Origin: Cyanophora paradoxa CCMP329
Taxonomy: Eukaryota; Plantae; Glaucophyta
DNA length: 64,000 nucleotides
Assembly (NCBI GenBank): GCA_004431415.1
Contig: QPMI01000542.1
Location: 372,001 to 436,000 of the forward strand
Direction: 5' to 3'
The stretch's first letter is position 1. Each line of letters opens with the position of its first letter. Below the pieces are notes generated by a model. It did no database searches. It saw nothing but the letters and a program-made list of their open reading frames with translations, and was not told where the DNA came from. Below are positions 11,796 to 25,400 of the stretch, in pieces. Position numbers and translations under genes: made by a program.

Positions 11796-12591
11796 GGCCG
11801 CGGGGCCGGCGCGGGCTAGCCGGTTCTTGGCCCCTAAGTTGGGCCCTAACTTTAGTAAGCGGCCTAGGCCTAGCCTAGTAGGCAGCCTATGGCCTACTAC
11901 CCCGGCCTAGGCGTACGCGTACTCCAGTACTCAGTATGTAGCGCGCGCTAGCGCTCCCGCAGAGCCTCGGAGTCCCGCTGACCGCGCACCTGCATGGCCG
12001 GCGACTCCGATCAGCGCGATGCGGCGCCGGCCGCCGGCGGCGCAGCCGTTGCTGCTGCAGAGACTCGAGCTGTTTTCTATCAATCCGTTAAAGCCCGAGT
12101 CTCCTATCTTTGACCGATTTGAAAACCTCCGCAAGAGGCTCCGAGGAGGAGCGAACCGAGCAAACCGTTGAACCTTCTTGGGTCACGCCGACTCACGCGC
12201 GCAGCTCGCGATCGCGACTCGCGAGTCCGACGGTCGCGACTTCAAGGCGCTCGCTCGCGGTACCCCGGGGCCCAGGCGGCGAGCGTCACACGTGCGCATG
12301 CACGCTAGCGCTGCGCGTGTCTCGACTCTCAGAGTCTCGAGATGGGCGCCAGGCTCCGCCAGCCCGGCGCGCGCCCGCGCGCCGCCCGCGGGCGGCGCCC
12401 GTGATCATGATTCATGATGACGAATCATGACTCAGTGATTCCGATCAAGGTTTCCTGTCCCCTCTAGATCTGAGGCTCCGACTCGGGCTCCGAGGCCCCC
12501 GAACCTCGCCGAGTCGGCGGAATTTGTTCTGATCCGAAGTGCAGCCGGCCGCGCCGGCCCCCAGTACAGAGCGGGGCCCTCAGGCCCAGGC

Positions 12592-15500
12592 TCAGGGGCG
12601 GGCCTGGAAGGGGCGGAAGGGGACGGGGTAGGCCGGGAGCGAGCGCCGCCAGAGGTCCAGGCTCGCGACCCGGGCGACGGGCGCCCCGCCCTCCTCTAGC
12701 ACCTCCGGCTCCGGGCCGTCCCCCGCCGCGTGGGTCCTCTGAGAATTGAAGAACAGCGATCAGATCATATCGGCTCAGATCAGATCAGATCTGATCTGAT
12801 CTGAGCGGGGCGCACGGCGGCGATGTGGATGGAGAGCTTGCGGCGGGCCGGCGAGGCGGCCCCCAGGCAGCGCCGCGCGAAGGCCGCGAGGCCCGCCTGC
12901 GTCGCCGCCCGCAGCGCCCGCACCTCCCGCTCCACTGAGAAGCCGATGGCGGAGGCGCGCGCGCGGTGAGACGGGGGCCTAAGGAGGCGGCTGGATCGCT
13001 CTCTGGTTCTATGGACTGAATCTGGCGCCCGCGCGCGCCGCGGCGCGCACCGCGGTCGAAGGTGTAGCTCTGGGTGGCGATCTCGAGCCACCAGCGCCGC
13101 GCCTCCTCCCGCACGCTCTTGTCCTTCTCTGCCCGGCGCCCCGGCCGTCAGCGCCCCCTCTCACCCCGTTCTCATGGGAGCTATGGGCGGAGAGGGCCCA
13201 GCTTTTAGGGACGAGGCCCTGAGGCCTTCAGCTGGCTGGCTGGCTGGCCCCTCCTTCCTGCACCCCCCGCCCGTCCCCGGCCCCGGCCCCTCCGGCCTGT
13301 TCTCTGGCCCTGCATCCCCCCTTCCCCCGGGTACCGAGCTTGTTGGCGGCGAGGTTCTGGGCGTAGGTGCGCAGCTCCTCCTCAGGCAGCTCCCCCAGCG
13401 CCCTCTGCGCGCCCGAGTCGGGAACAGCGCTGGGCTCTGGATCTTGGGAGCGGGGCGCAGAGCCAAGTCGCCCAGATCCACAGCCCAGGAAGGAGGAAGT
13501 CGTGCAGGAAGGCGGCGACGCGGATATATAATATAAGCCTAACAACGTCTTTTTAACATTAAGCTCAAGAAGCTATCCGTCTATTAGATGCCTTATTATC
13601 CGTCTCATCAGGAGATCTATTGGGGCGCACGAGGAAGTCGTGGAGGAAGGCGGCGATGCGGGCGTCGATGTGGCGCGGCCCTTTGACCGCCGACTGCACC
13701 GACACCACCAGGCCCTGCGCGTGCGAGGTGGGTCTGGGGTACACGGGGGTACAGGGGGAAAGGGGGGGGAGGGGCGAGGGGCGAGCGCGGGACATCTTCG
13801 GGGGGGGGGGGGGGGTACCTGGACGCCCCCGTCCCGGCGCACGCCCGATGCCACCATGTACCCTGCCCGCACGTGAGTGAGGGGGGAGGGCGCGAAGGTG
13901 AGGGGTGAGAGAGGGCGCGAAGCCGGGGCGGAGAGCCGAGGGCGGGGGGAGGAGGGGGGAGAGAGTGGGAAGGGGGGGGGGGGGGGGGGGCGGGCGGACC
14001 GAGCTGCTCCTGCGTGCGCAGCTGGAAGTGGGCCCTCCGGCTGCCCCCCACCGCCCCGTCAGGCCGGGGGCAGCGCCCAAAGGGGGCGCTCCAAAGCAAA
14101 TGCGAATGCTAAGTTCAAGTACTAGGAATGCTCTAGAAAAGCAAAATTTAGACCGGGGAGGGGGGGGGGGTGGGGCGGGGGGGGGCGGACTCATCATGAC
14201 TAGATCCAGATCTAGATCCGGGCGGGGATATGCTCTAGAAAAGCTAGATCTAGACCGGGCGGGGAGGGCGGGGAGGGCGCGGGGGGCGGGGCGGGCGGAC
14301 TCCATGACGCGGGCGAGAAGCTCGAGGAGCGCGTCCTCCTCCGTCACCCGCTCCCCGACCTGCCGCCTCGGCTCAGATGTAGAGCGCGCGCCCAGGCCGC
14401 GCTCGCTCGCACCTGGAAGTAGCAGAGGCAGCTGCGGGGAGGGCGGGGCGGGGTGGGGCGGGCCCGGCCGCGTCAGCCCGGGAGGGGACGCGAGGGGCGG
14501 GACCCGGGGCCCGTGCGCGAGGGCCCGGGACGTCCTCGGGGTTGGTCTTAAGATAGTAGATCTAAAGTTCTCAAGCCCCGGAGGGCCCGAGGTCCAAGGC
14601 CAAGGGCACACGCGGAGTTGGTCTAAAGCTAGATGGAGGCCCCTGGAGGGGAGGCCCGAGGGCCAAGGAAAGGAGCAAATTAAAGTTTAGTTGGAGCAAA
14701 TTAAAGGCGGGGGCCCTACAGATCAAGCAAGGCCCCTCGGCTAGGCCCACAGCTCCAAGGCCCGGAGGGGCGGCCGAGGGGCCCCGGGGCGCACGCGGAG
14801 TTGGTCTCGTCGGGAGATAGCCTGAGGTTTTGGTAGAGTTTGAGACCCCGCCCTGTCTCTAATTGTCTCTCTAAGCGCCTCTAAACCATCAACTCTAAGC
14901 GTCGGCTAGGCCCTTCGGCTAGGACTACAGCTCTGGAGCTCTGGAGGGGCGAGTCCCAAGCTTAAGGGCGCACGCGGAGTTGGTCTCGTCGGGGTTCACC
15001 GTCGGCTCCTCGTACACGCTCCACCGCTCTGGCCCCGCCCGGAGCGGTCCGGTCGGACACACAGGAGGACACACAGGAGAACCGAGCAGCGATCGTGAAG
15101 CACCGGCGGGGAGGATGAGCATGCGGCGCTCGGGGAAGACGGCCGCCGGCAGGGGCCGGCACCCCAGCGCCTGCGGCCCGGGTCGGGTGAGCGGGGCCGC
15201 CGGGGCGGCAAGGGGCGGGGGCCCGGCGGGAGCGGGGGCGGGGGCGGGGGCGGGGGCGGGGGCGGGGGTGGCTTGGGGCCAATTTATTCCCCCTGCTATA
15301 TTTAAATCCGAGGCAGGACGGGCGGGGCGGCGCCATCCCATCTATTCCCCTTATGTCTGGGGCTGGGGCGCTGAGCTGAGGCCGGAGCGGGGCGGAGCAT
15401 TGTTCTTGACGGGCCGGGGTGGCGAGGGGCGAGGCGGGAGCGTGGCCAATCTTTTCCGCCTACGGGGGAGCGTGGTACTTTTTCTAAGCAGGACGGGGCG

Positions 15501-18500
15501 GGGCGGGGCGGGGGGCGGGAGCGGGCCTGGAGGGCGCCCTCGAGCATGCCCCGCGCCGCCCCCGACGAGAGGTTCCCCACCTGTCGCCCCAGAGTCAGGG
15601 CGAGGCGGGCGAGCGAGCGTGATGCGCCGGGGCGCGGGCGAGGAAGGCCCCCTAGGTGATCTCAGGGCCGCGGAGCTCTAGAGCTGCCGCCCGGGACGAG
15701 AGCGAGGCCTCGGCGGCTCCGCGGGCGCGTCGGATTCTATTTGATGGGAAGATCAAGGTCCCATAGAAGGGACAGAGCTCTAGAGCTCTAGAGCTGCCGC
15801 CCGGGGCGAGAGTGCCGTCGCCGGCTCAGCGAGCTCGTCGGCTCGTCGGAAAGAGAGCTAGAGATCGATTCGGGGCGCACGGCGAGGGCCTCGGCGAAGG
15901 CGTGAGGCTAAAGAGAATTAGATTGGATCTTTAAGATCGGCTCGAGCCTTTGAAATCGATTTAAAATAGAGGATCGAACTGATTCTAAATGAGGCGAAGG
16001 CGGGAGGCCAAAGAGAATTAAATTGGATCTTTGAGATCGGCTCGAGCCTTTAAAATCGATTTAAACTAGAGAATCGAACTGACTCTGGATCTTTAAGATC
16101 GGCTCGAGCCTTTAAAATCGATTTAATTTAAACTAAAGGATCGAACTGATTGATTCTAAGTGATCAGGATCGATTCGGGGCGCACGGCGAGGGCCTCGGC
16201 GAAGGCGGAGCGGAGGAGCCGCCGCCCGTGCGCCGCCACGTCCCCCGCCGTCGCCCCTGCAGGAAGGGGCCGGCGGGCGGGCGAGGCGCCCGGCGTTAGA
16301 GAGGGGCGGGGCGGGAGCCGGGAGGGGCGGGGCGGGAGGCGAGACGAGGCTCTTCCCATCAGGCGCCCCGCGTAAGAAAGGGGCGGGGCGGGGTGGGGCG
16401 GGTCGGGGCGCGGGAAGGCGACGCGAGGCTTTTAAGGGCGTCACCTGCTATCTTAGGGGCGGGCGGGGGGGAGGGAGAGGGGGTACCGTGGAGGGCGGGG
16501 CGAGGCGAAAGGGGCGGGGCGGGGCAGGGGCGGGACGGGGCGGGGCGGGCGGGGGGGTTACCGTGGAGGGCGGGGATGAGGTCCCGGAGGTGCCAGCGCC
16601 GCGCCTGCGACCCCTTCCCTCAGGAGGCGGCGCGGTCGCAGATTACAAGCTTTAGAAGATTTAGCTTTGGAAGCTTAGAGAGAAGCGCTAGCTTTGCAAG
16701 CTCAGAGAGCTTCGCGACAAGCTCGTTCGCTTCAGGCCGCGTCTAGGCGGGGCCGCTCTCGCGGACCTCGGAGGCGACGCCTAGCTCTAGAAGCTTTAAA
16801 TTTAGAGAGCTTAGAAGCTTCAGATCTCTCTCTTTGGATCTCTTTGGGCCGCTCCAGCCCCGCGGCCGGGGTCCTGGGAGGCCCGGCGCGGACCTCGGAG
16901 GCGACGCCGAGGGTGAAGGAGGCGAAGTCCCGCGGCTGCTCCAGCAGCGCGTTCTGAGGGGCGAAGGGCGGTGCTCAGAGAAGAGGCGAGGGAGGGGGAG
17001 GAGGCGTAGAAGCGCAGGGCAGGCTCTAGCTCTACTCCTCCATAGATCGCGTCCTTAGCAGGCGGGCGGGGAGAGGCGGGGCGCGCCTCGTGCTGCCGCG
17101 TCGCGATCTCGCGGATGCGCTCGAAGCGCTCGTCGGGCGTGTACCCCTCCGCCAGCTGCCCGGGGGCGGGGACGGGGGGAAGCGGTCGGAGGGGTACGCG
17201 GCGCGGCTTCGGAGGGGAACGCGCGGGGCGAACCTTCTTGACGACCTCGGTGAAGAGGAGCGGGAGCTTGTGGCTGTACCCCGCCACCGAGACCTGCCCC
17301 GGGCGTGAGGGGAGAGGAGAAGGGGGGGGGGAGGGGGATGGAAGCGGCCGGGGGGTGGGGGGTAGGTGAGCACCTTGAGACCCGTAAGAAGCCCCGAGAC
17401 CTCGTACGAAAGCGCTGGGGCGAAACTTCAGGAGGGCAGGGGTACTGGATACGGGGGTACATTTACGTCCGCACCGGCAACCTGGGCGGGGTACGCGAGC
17501 TCCGAGAGAGCGTCCTCGACCAGGTCCGAGAAGAGGCGCGTGAGGACCTGGGGGGGGGGGTGATTAGGTTGGGGTACGTGTACAGAGTGGTAAGGGGGAG
17601 AATGGAGGTACCGCGTGCTCGGGCGTGTGGTACGCTTCGGGCGTGATCAGCTGCATCGTGAAGACGGCCTGGATGGAAGGGGGGGGGGGTAAGGGCTCTT
17701 CGGAGGCGGGCGGGGTGGGGGGTACGGGGTGCGCGCCTTCGGGGAAGCCTCGTAGTCGCTGCTCTGCCGCTTGTAGAAGACTGGCGAGGGGGAGGGGGGG
17801 GAGGGAAAGCGGGGATCGAGGGCGGGCGACGGGGGGCGGGCGAGGGCGGGGCGCACGGCGGGCGGCGGGGGTGTCGAGGATGCAACGGGGCGGGGCCCTG
17901 CGCCCCTCGGGTACCGTGTCCTCGGCGGAGCCGCCCTCCTCCTCCTTCGGGCCCTTCGCCTCTTCCTCCTCGGACTCGCGCCCCGCCGACGCCGCCGCCG
18001 CCGCCGCCTCCTCCTCTGCCTCCGGCTTCCGCGGGGGTCAGAGAGCGAAGGAAGGAGGGAAGGAGATAGGGGCGAAGAAGAAAGTAGAAGAAGAAGGGCG
18101 GAAAGACGAACAGAAAGATCGATAGAAGAGAAGAACGGGGATATAGACACAGATAGACGGGGCGCGCACGGGGAGCATGTCGAAGTCGGTGGCGATGAAG
18201 GGGTTCGGGTCCGGCAGCCGCAGCGCCGGCACCGCCTCCGGTTCGCTCCACGCCTGTAAGGGGCGGCCCCGCGCGGTCAGCTTTCCTGGGGCCGGCGGCC
18301 TTGCCGGAGGGCCGGGCCGGGCCGGCCGAGGGCGGTCCTTGTCATAAGATTTAGACCTCTCTTTTGGGACGCCCGCACCTTGAGGAGGGCGGGGTCGATG
18401 GGCTCCGCGTTGTACGCCGTCCCTGCGCCCCCGCCCCGCCCCCCGTTAAAAGAGCGTTGGGAGGCGCCTACTTCGGATCCATCCCCTCGCCGCGCTCCCC

Positions 18501-21500
18501 GGGGCGCGTGCCCCTCTAAACGTCCCCCGCCCCCAGAAGAGGGCTTTTCCGGCCCCTGGAAAGCCCCCCCGGGGCAGTCCCGGACCGCACGGGGCGCACC
18601 GTACCAGCGGCCGACGAGGCGCGTCTTCCCCTCGAAGCGCTTGCTCGTCACCGTCAGCCTGCGTAGCACGAGAGGCTGAGTACGAGAGGCGTCCTGGCCG
18701 CGAGGGGGCGGGCGGACCGACACGCCCGGCATGCGCTCGGGGGCGCATGCCGGGCGTGTCGGCCCGAAGGGTGCGCAGGAGGCGCTTGTAAGGCTGGGTA
18801 AGCCTAGACTAGACAGACGGGCTCGATGGTTCTATAAAAAGCCTAGAGAGACGGGCTCGATGGTTCTATAAATAGAGGCGGGCGGACCGCATGCGCTCGG
18901 GGCGGAGGGCGGCGAGGACGGCGGCGGTCGCCCCCGCGTCGAACTCCCACAGGCGGCTCGGGCCCGAGAGCACGTGCTCGGGGGGGTACTCCTGCGGGGA
19001 CGGGGGGCGGGGGGAGGCCGTGAGTGGTTACGCTGGATAGGAGGGGGCCGGCGATCGATCACAGGTACGTCCCTAGACACGAACGGAGCTAGAGAGCTTA
19101 AGGTTCCCATCGATAGATGTGCCCGACGGGAAAAAGGGCCGGGGGGGCCGTAGGGGGGGGAGGGGGGGGGGGGGGGCGGGGCGCGCCTGGAGCTGGTTGG
19201 CGAGGTCCTCCGCGTACCCGTACGGCGCCGCCTTGTCCTGCGTGCCCCGCCCCCGCTCGGCGGGCCCGAGCCCGGCGCCCCGGGTGGGGCGCGGCCGCGG
19301 GCACCTGCACGGCACTGGTGAGAGGAGGGCGGGGCGTGCCGGGATGGCGGGTTGGGGGGCTCTAGAGCCTTCCAAAGCTTTCTAAAAGCTTCTTTTCCTT
19401 CTATCATCTTCCTCTATCTTTGAGGAGGGCGGGGCGGGCGGGACGGGCGGGCACCTGGAAGGCGAAGCGGAACTCGGCGATGCGCTGGATCTGCGGGGGC
19501 GGGCGTCAGAGCTCCCGTGGAAGCCGTGGCGTTCAGGGGGGGCTCGGCGGGCGGGAGGCCGGAAGGCCGGCCCCTCGGCTGGGGCCCAAAGAGCGGCGGG
19601 GCGGGGCGGGGCGGGGCGGGCGGGCCTAAGGGTCTGGAAGCTCTAAGGGTCTAAGGGCTCTGAGGGCGGTCCCGTCGTGGAAGCCGCCGGCCCTAAGAGC
19701 GGCGGGGCGGGGCGGGGCGGGGCGGGGCGGGGCGGGCGGAGCGGGGCGGGCAAACGGGCCTCGTCGAAGATCCAGCGCTCGGGGGGGGCCGCCCCCAGGA
19801 GCCGCAGGTACGCGAAGAGCGCCGAAACGCACTCCTCCACGTGCCCTGCGGGGCGGGGTGGGGTACAGGGAGAAGGGGGAGGGGCGGGGGGCGGGAGGGG
19901 TAGGGGCGTCCGGACCCTCGCCGAGCTTTGTCAGGGTGATCCCGACCTGGCTCGGGCGGGCTCAGGCGGGCTCGGGCGGGCTCGGGCGGCCCCCGGCGGC
20001 GGGGGCGGCGGGGGCGGACCGTCAGCGTCGCGACGTCGTCCCAGCGGTCGTAGGCGCCTGCGGGGGGGCGCGGGCGGGGGCGGGGGCGTGAGGTCGAGGG
20101 GGCGTAGCTAGAGGTCAAGAGAAAGGGGGTGACAAGGGGAGGGGGGAAGGGGGGGTCGGGGGCGTCAGGGCGTAGCTAGAGGTCACGGGAGGAGGCGCCA
20201 GGGCGCGTGGGGGGAAGGGGGGGGGGGGAGGGGGGTAGGGGCGCACTTGCAGAGAGGGCGTCGGCCCAGCCCTTGCCCTTGAAGTACGAGAGGAGCGAGC
20301 CCGCCCCCTCGTGCCCGATCTGCAGGGAGGGAGGGGGGATGGGGAAAGGACCGGAGGGGAGTGGGGAGGGGGAGGGGTAGGTACCAGGTGCGTCGCGTAG
20401 CGCGTGGGCTTCGTTCGGTACAGCGGCGTCTGGGGTACCCCGGCGTGAGCGTGGGGGAGGGAGAAGGCGCGGGGTACAGAAGCGGCACCTGGGGGGGTAG
20501 GAGGAAGGCGACCTCGATGCGGCGGATGTCCTTCACGGGTACGACCTCGAGCCGTTGCTGGGGGGATGAAGTGAGGCCGTGTCGACGCGGGGGGGGGGGG
20601 GGGTACGGGGGGGCGCGCACGTTCCAGCGGTCCGGGGAGAAGGCCGGAATGTCCGCGTAGGAGGGGGCGGCGATTCCCGTGTCGGGTACAGCGGAGAACA
20701 TGCGGCGCACCTGCGGGAGGGGTAACGGATCTGCGGATTGACAGCGCGCGGGGGAGCAATCGGGTACCCAGCTCTCGAGGACGTCGGCGGGCTCTGGGGG
20801 GTACGGTTAGAAACGGGGCGGCGGGGCGTAGGGGGTGGGGAGCACCGCGGCCGACAACGGCGAGGGTCCTGCGGCGAAAGCGGAGAGTCAGAGAGAAGTG
20901 GGGGGCGGGCGGGGGGAACGGGGGTACGCGCGAGATGCGGGACGAGTAGAATTCGGAGTGGAATTTCTTGAGCGCGGCGCGCACGTCGACGCCCTTCGCC
21001 CGCGGCCCGTCCCGCAGCGTCTCGAGGCTGCCGGGCGGCGCCTCGGAGGGGGTGCGCGGATCGCGGGGGTGGGGGGGGGGGGGGGGTACGGCGCGCGGAC
21101 CTGCCGGTCGAGAAGCGCGAGAAGGGGTGCTCCTCGGAGGCGGCCTCCTTGAGGAGGTAATACCCCCGCCGCGAGTCGAGGAGGAGGTTCTTCTGGTGCT
21201 CGCTGTCCACCGCGTTCACCTGTACCCCGGCGGCGGGTCGCGCGGGGCGGGGTGGGCGAAGTGGGGCGGGGGGTGGGATCAGGGGTACGCGCCTCCCGAT
21301 CCGCAGCGCTCTCGTCCATGAGGGGCTCGATGAAGAACTGCGCGGGGCGGATTGGATGGCGGGGGCGGGGGGCGGGAGGGGTACGGGCTAAGCGCGCCTG
21401 GGCGAACACATCGAGGGCGGACTCGAGGGCGGGCGCGTTCACGGAGAACTTGTAAACCGTGTTCTGCGCCGACGTCGACGCGTTCGACGAGCCTGCGGCG

Positions 21501-21993
21501 CGGCGCGGCGCGGTCGGCGGGTTTGAATCTGGATGAGGAGGCCGCTGGGCGTGGCGGGCGGACCGCCGAACTGAGAGACGATCTGCTTGTAGCTGCGATG
21601 TGGCGGGTTGTGAGAGCTGCGCGAGAGGGGCGCGGCGTGCGAAACGGCGCGTGCTTACTGCGCCTCGTCGGGATACTGCGCGGCGGCGTCAGGGCGGGGC
21701 GGGAGACCGCGGCGCCGCGCGTACGCGCCTTGGTCGAGCCGTGGCTCATCTGCGCACGCGCCGTGAGCGCCCCTGGGCAGGTCGGACGGCGGCGCGGAGC
21801 GGACCATGTGCTCTACGTAATGGGCGAGGCCCGGAAGCTCGATCGGGTCTGCGAAGCTCCCGACGTGCACATTGTACGCGGCCGCCGCCTTGTCCGTCTC
21901 CGGGTCGCTGCAGATGAGGGCCTTCAGCCCATTCTCCAGAACGACGTGCCTGTAGGTGCGCTTGTCGATCCTAGGCTGCTCGATCGTCACCAT
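12592..21993 (-). CDS. IDE: Insulysin / insulin-degrading-enzyme-like M16A zinc metallopeptidase (about 40 exons)
   Basis: Exon 1 reads MVTIEQPRIDKRTYRHVVLENGLKALICSDPETDKAAAAYNVHVGSFADPIELPGLAHYVEHM, containing the inverted zinc motif HxxEH. Later exons give GSTK|YPDE, GSSNAST, RE|VNAVDSEHQKN, IGHEGAGSLLSYFKGKGW, LRLPDPNPFIATDF, GYSHKL, FQLRTQEQLG|Y and a C-terminal LDLWRRSLPAYP with TGA at 12592-12594. Confidence 0.93.
15909..16160. repeat. Three imperfect AT-rich intronic direct repeats (tggatctttaagatcggctcgagcctttaaaatcgatttaa...)
   Basis: Copies start near 15923, 16024 and 16087, inside an IDE intron. Confidence 0.8.
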
Positions 21994-22428
21994 CGCGCTC
22001 TTATGAGCGTAGAGCGAGCAACAAGCGAGGCCGGCTCAGAAAAAGAGCCGGGGCTACAGGAATCGTGGAGCGAGGCCGGCTCGGCTCCGCCCGGGGGCAT
22101 TCCTGTGCTCAACTTGCTCCAGCCCCGCCAGCGCACAGAGACCCCAGGCAAACCGTGCGGAGTTACCAGGAGATCGAGAGCGTAGCGTAGCCGACAACTT
22201 TAGGCGCGCGCCAGCGAAACGGAAGCTGCTGACCGCAGCTGTCCCGTCAGCTCTCGCCTCTTCCTGGTAACTGCAGCAAGAGCATCCCTCCCTCCCTTCA
22301 GCCTACAGGCGCCAGGCCCGAAGGCCGCCAGCTGGTCGTCGGCGGCCGGCCACGCGGGCGGGATGCAGGGAAGGGAACCGGAGCACCCTTAGCTACGCGG
22401 CCTCAGCCTCGTTCCTGCGAGCGCCCCG
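21994..22428. promoter_or_regulatory. Probable bidirectional promoter between head-to-head genes
   Basis: 435 bp separate the IDE ATG (21993, -) from the ATG at 22429 (+). Intronic G/C skew flips across this interval. Confidence 0.5.
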
Positions 22429-25400
22429 ATGGCACGGCGTCCCAGCGCGTCCGAGGCGGCCCGGGTGCAGGGCGCGCAGACGATTGAGCTCGTGCGCAAG
22501 ATCGCCGCGCGCGCCGAAGCGGCCGGGGAGATCCTGAAGCCCGGAGGTGCGCCGCTCCGCGCCTCGTGCTGTGCCCTGGCCGTTCTATTTCGGTCTACGC
22601 GCGCCGCGCCGCTAAGGGCGGACTTCCTCACCGCCCGCGGAGCGCAGAGCACGACGAGCCGGACCATTTCGAGCGGAACCGGCTCATAGAATCGGCCGCC
22701 CTCACGCGCTACTCCGGACTCGCCGCGATCAAGGCGAGGCCGCCCCGCCCCGCCCCGCCCCGCCCGCCGCCTCGCCCGCCCCGCCCCGCCGCTGCCCCAA
22801 CTCACCCGATCCCCCCACAGGACTTCCGAAGCCGCAGCATCGCCGACTTGTACGAGGATGACTTCGAGACGGAGACGGTACCCCCGCTCCTCTCCCCCTT
22901 CTCGCCCCCTTTCGCGAATCGGTAACGCCGCAGATCGACCATTTCATGTCGGAGCTGTCGAACGTCATGCACGCGATCGTCAAGGAGGTGAGGGTTACGG
23001 CGTTCCCCGCGCATCCCGCCGATCGACGCGGAGGGGGGGGGTACGCAGAACAAGCATCGGAAGCAGGAGCTGAAGGACCTGTACGGGGCCGAAATGACCG
23101 CCCTTACCTTCAAGTGCGCTCGTATCCGTACCCCCCGCTCTCTTCCCCCCTCCGGCCGCCCTCTCCTGACCCCTCACCGCAGGGTGGAGCGATCCCCGCC
23201 AACGTTTCTTCTTTCAATCTAACCCCCTACCGCCCCCTACCCCCCCCTTCCCCCTACCCCCCCTTACCCCCCTACCCCCCCCAGTACGTGGCGCTGAAGG
23301 CTCAGCTGAAGGCGCGCACCGCCCTCGACCCCACCTCGCCCGAGGGGCAGGCCGCCGCCGCCGCCGGCGACTTCGATCCGGTACCCCTCCCCGCTCCCCC
23401 CCCTCGCCGGGCCTTTCCTGAAACCGTCGTACCCCCTCACCCACCCAGTCCGCCCTGGAGGGCTACGAGTCGTCCGCGCCGGACCCGCTCGTCGAGGCGC
23501 GCGAGTTCGTCCCGGGGCCGCAGGTACCCCCCTCTACTCTTCCCTCGAACCTCCTCTACCCCCCTTAACCCTCCCCACCCCCCAGCTCTCGGCGGAGTTC
23601 GCTCGGATGAAGGCGGAGCTGGGGGAGGCGCGGGAGGAGCTCGAGCGGGCAAAGTACGCCGCGAGGCGCCTCCAGGTGCGGCGGGCGGGGGGGGGGGCGG
23701 TCCCGTACGCCTCCAGGGCGGGGGGCAGGGGGGCGGCCGGGGGGGTGGGGGCGGCGGTTCAGGCGCCCCGTCTGGCTCCGTCTAGCGCTGTTTGCCCGCC
23801 TGGCTTCTGGGGTCTAAGGACCGGAGCCGCGAGGCGCGCCGGGAGGGCGCTCTGCTCCAGCTCCCTTGGGGAGCCCGCGGCGCTCCACTCCTCCTCCCTC
23901 CCCCCGCCTGAGCCCCGGGCACGCAGGAGGAGGCGACGCAGGCGAAGGCGCGGGCGCGGGCGGCGGAGGACGAGCTCACCGAGGTCGCCGACGCCCTCAA
24001 GAAGAGGACCGCCCAGCTCGACGGCATCCAGGCCCGCCCGCCCGCCCCGCCCCAGAAAATAGCCCTCAAGCGCCTTTTGCAATAGAACTTAGAGCTTAGA
24101 GCTTGAATCGCGAGCCAGCTCGACGGCTTCTAGGCCCGCCCGTCTTTTAGCGCTCCTTCGATCCAGGCCGATCTGGGCCAGCTTCGCCCCTCCGGCGCCG
24201 CCGGGTTGCGCCTGACCGGCCGCGGCCGCCCCGCCCCGGCAGGACGCGCTGAAGGCGCACGGCGTAGAGGGCCCGGCGCCCGTCTCGACCCTCACCTCCG
24301 CCCTCGCCTCCGCCACCGGGTGCGCCCAGCCCAGCCCAGTCAAGTAGTAGCCTAGCCTAGCACTAGTTTATATGAGCTGAGATGGGGATCGCCTCGCCCC
24401 GGCCCGCCCCGGCCCCGCAGGTGGGACCCCACGGCGCTGTTCCGGAAGCGGCCGCAGCTGAAGGACAAGGCGTGCGGCCCCGCCGATGACTACTTCATGC
24501 AGGCGCGTTTCCCGGCGCCCGGGGGCCCGCCAGACGGCGGGGTGGGGCCGGGCGGGGTGGGGTGGGGTGGGGGGGTGGGGGGGGGGGGGGGGGGGGGGGG
24601 ACTCGGGTCTCTTCTAGGCCCACGTGCCCCTCCACGGGTCCTAGAAGCGGTTCCTAAGGCTCGAGTCCCTAGAAGAAAGCGCCGCAGCTCCCGCCCGCAC
24701 GCCCACCCGCCCGCCCGCCCGCCCGCCCCGCCCGGCGCGCGCCTCGCTGACCGCCGCGGGGCGCCCCGCAGCCGGTCGCCCTGCTCCTCCACTCCGCCTT
24801 CCGCTGGACGAGCCGGCCCCAAGTCCGCAGCCGCCCCCGCCCCGCCCCGCCCCGCCCCCGCCCCTCGCCTCGCATCGCCTCGGCGCCGCCAAAGGAGCCT
24901 TCCCTCGTGAAATAGACTGAGATACCTTCCCTAAGATGCGACTAAGATGCAACTAGCCGCGCCCGCCCCGCCCCGCCCCTCGCTTCGGCGTCGACCCGCG
25001 CGTTTGTCTCACTTCGTTCGCTCCCCTCGCGCCCCGCAGTTTGCAAACGACCGCGGCGGCGCAGGGGGCGCCCCCTTCGCCTCCCGCAGCGACACCTGCG
25101 AGGTACCGTCGTACCCCCCTCCCCCTCCCCTTCCCCTCCCATCTTTCGCGTACCCGTCCCTTCGGTCGAGCGGCTTCTTACTGTACCCCCCAGATCCACG
25201 AGGCGCACATCTCGGCTCTTCGGGACGCGCTGGCGCGGCTGGCTGCGCTGCTGCCCGTCGTGGGGCAGCCCGACGGCGTGCAGGCGCGCCGCCGTACCCC
25301 CCTCGCAGCCAGGCGCGCTGCTTCGCCTTGACCACCCCGCCAGGTCGCCGACGTGGCTAAGCTAATCGAGGACGCGATGGCGTTTACCCCTCCCGAGGCC

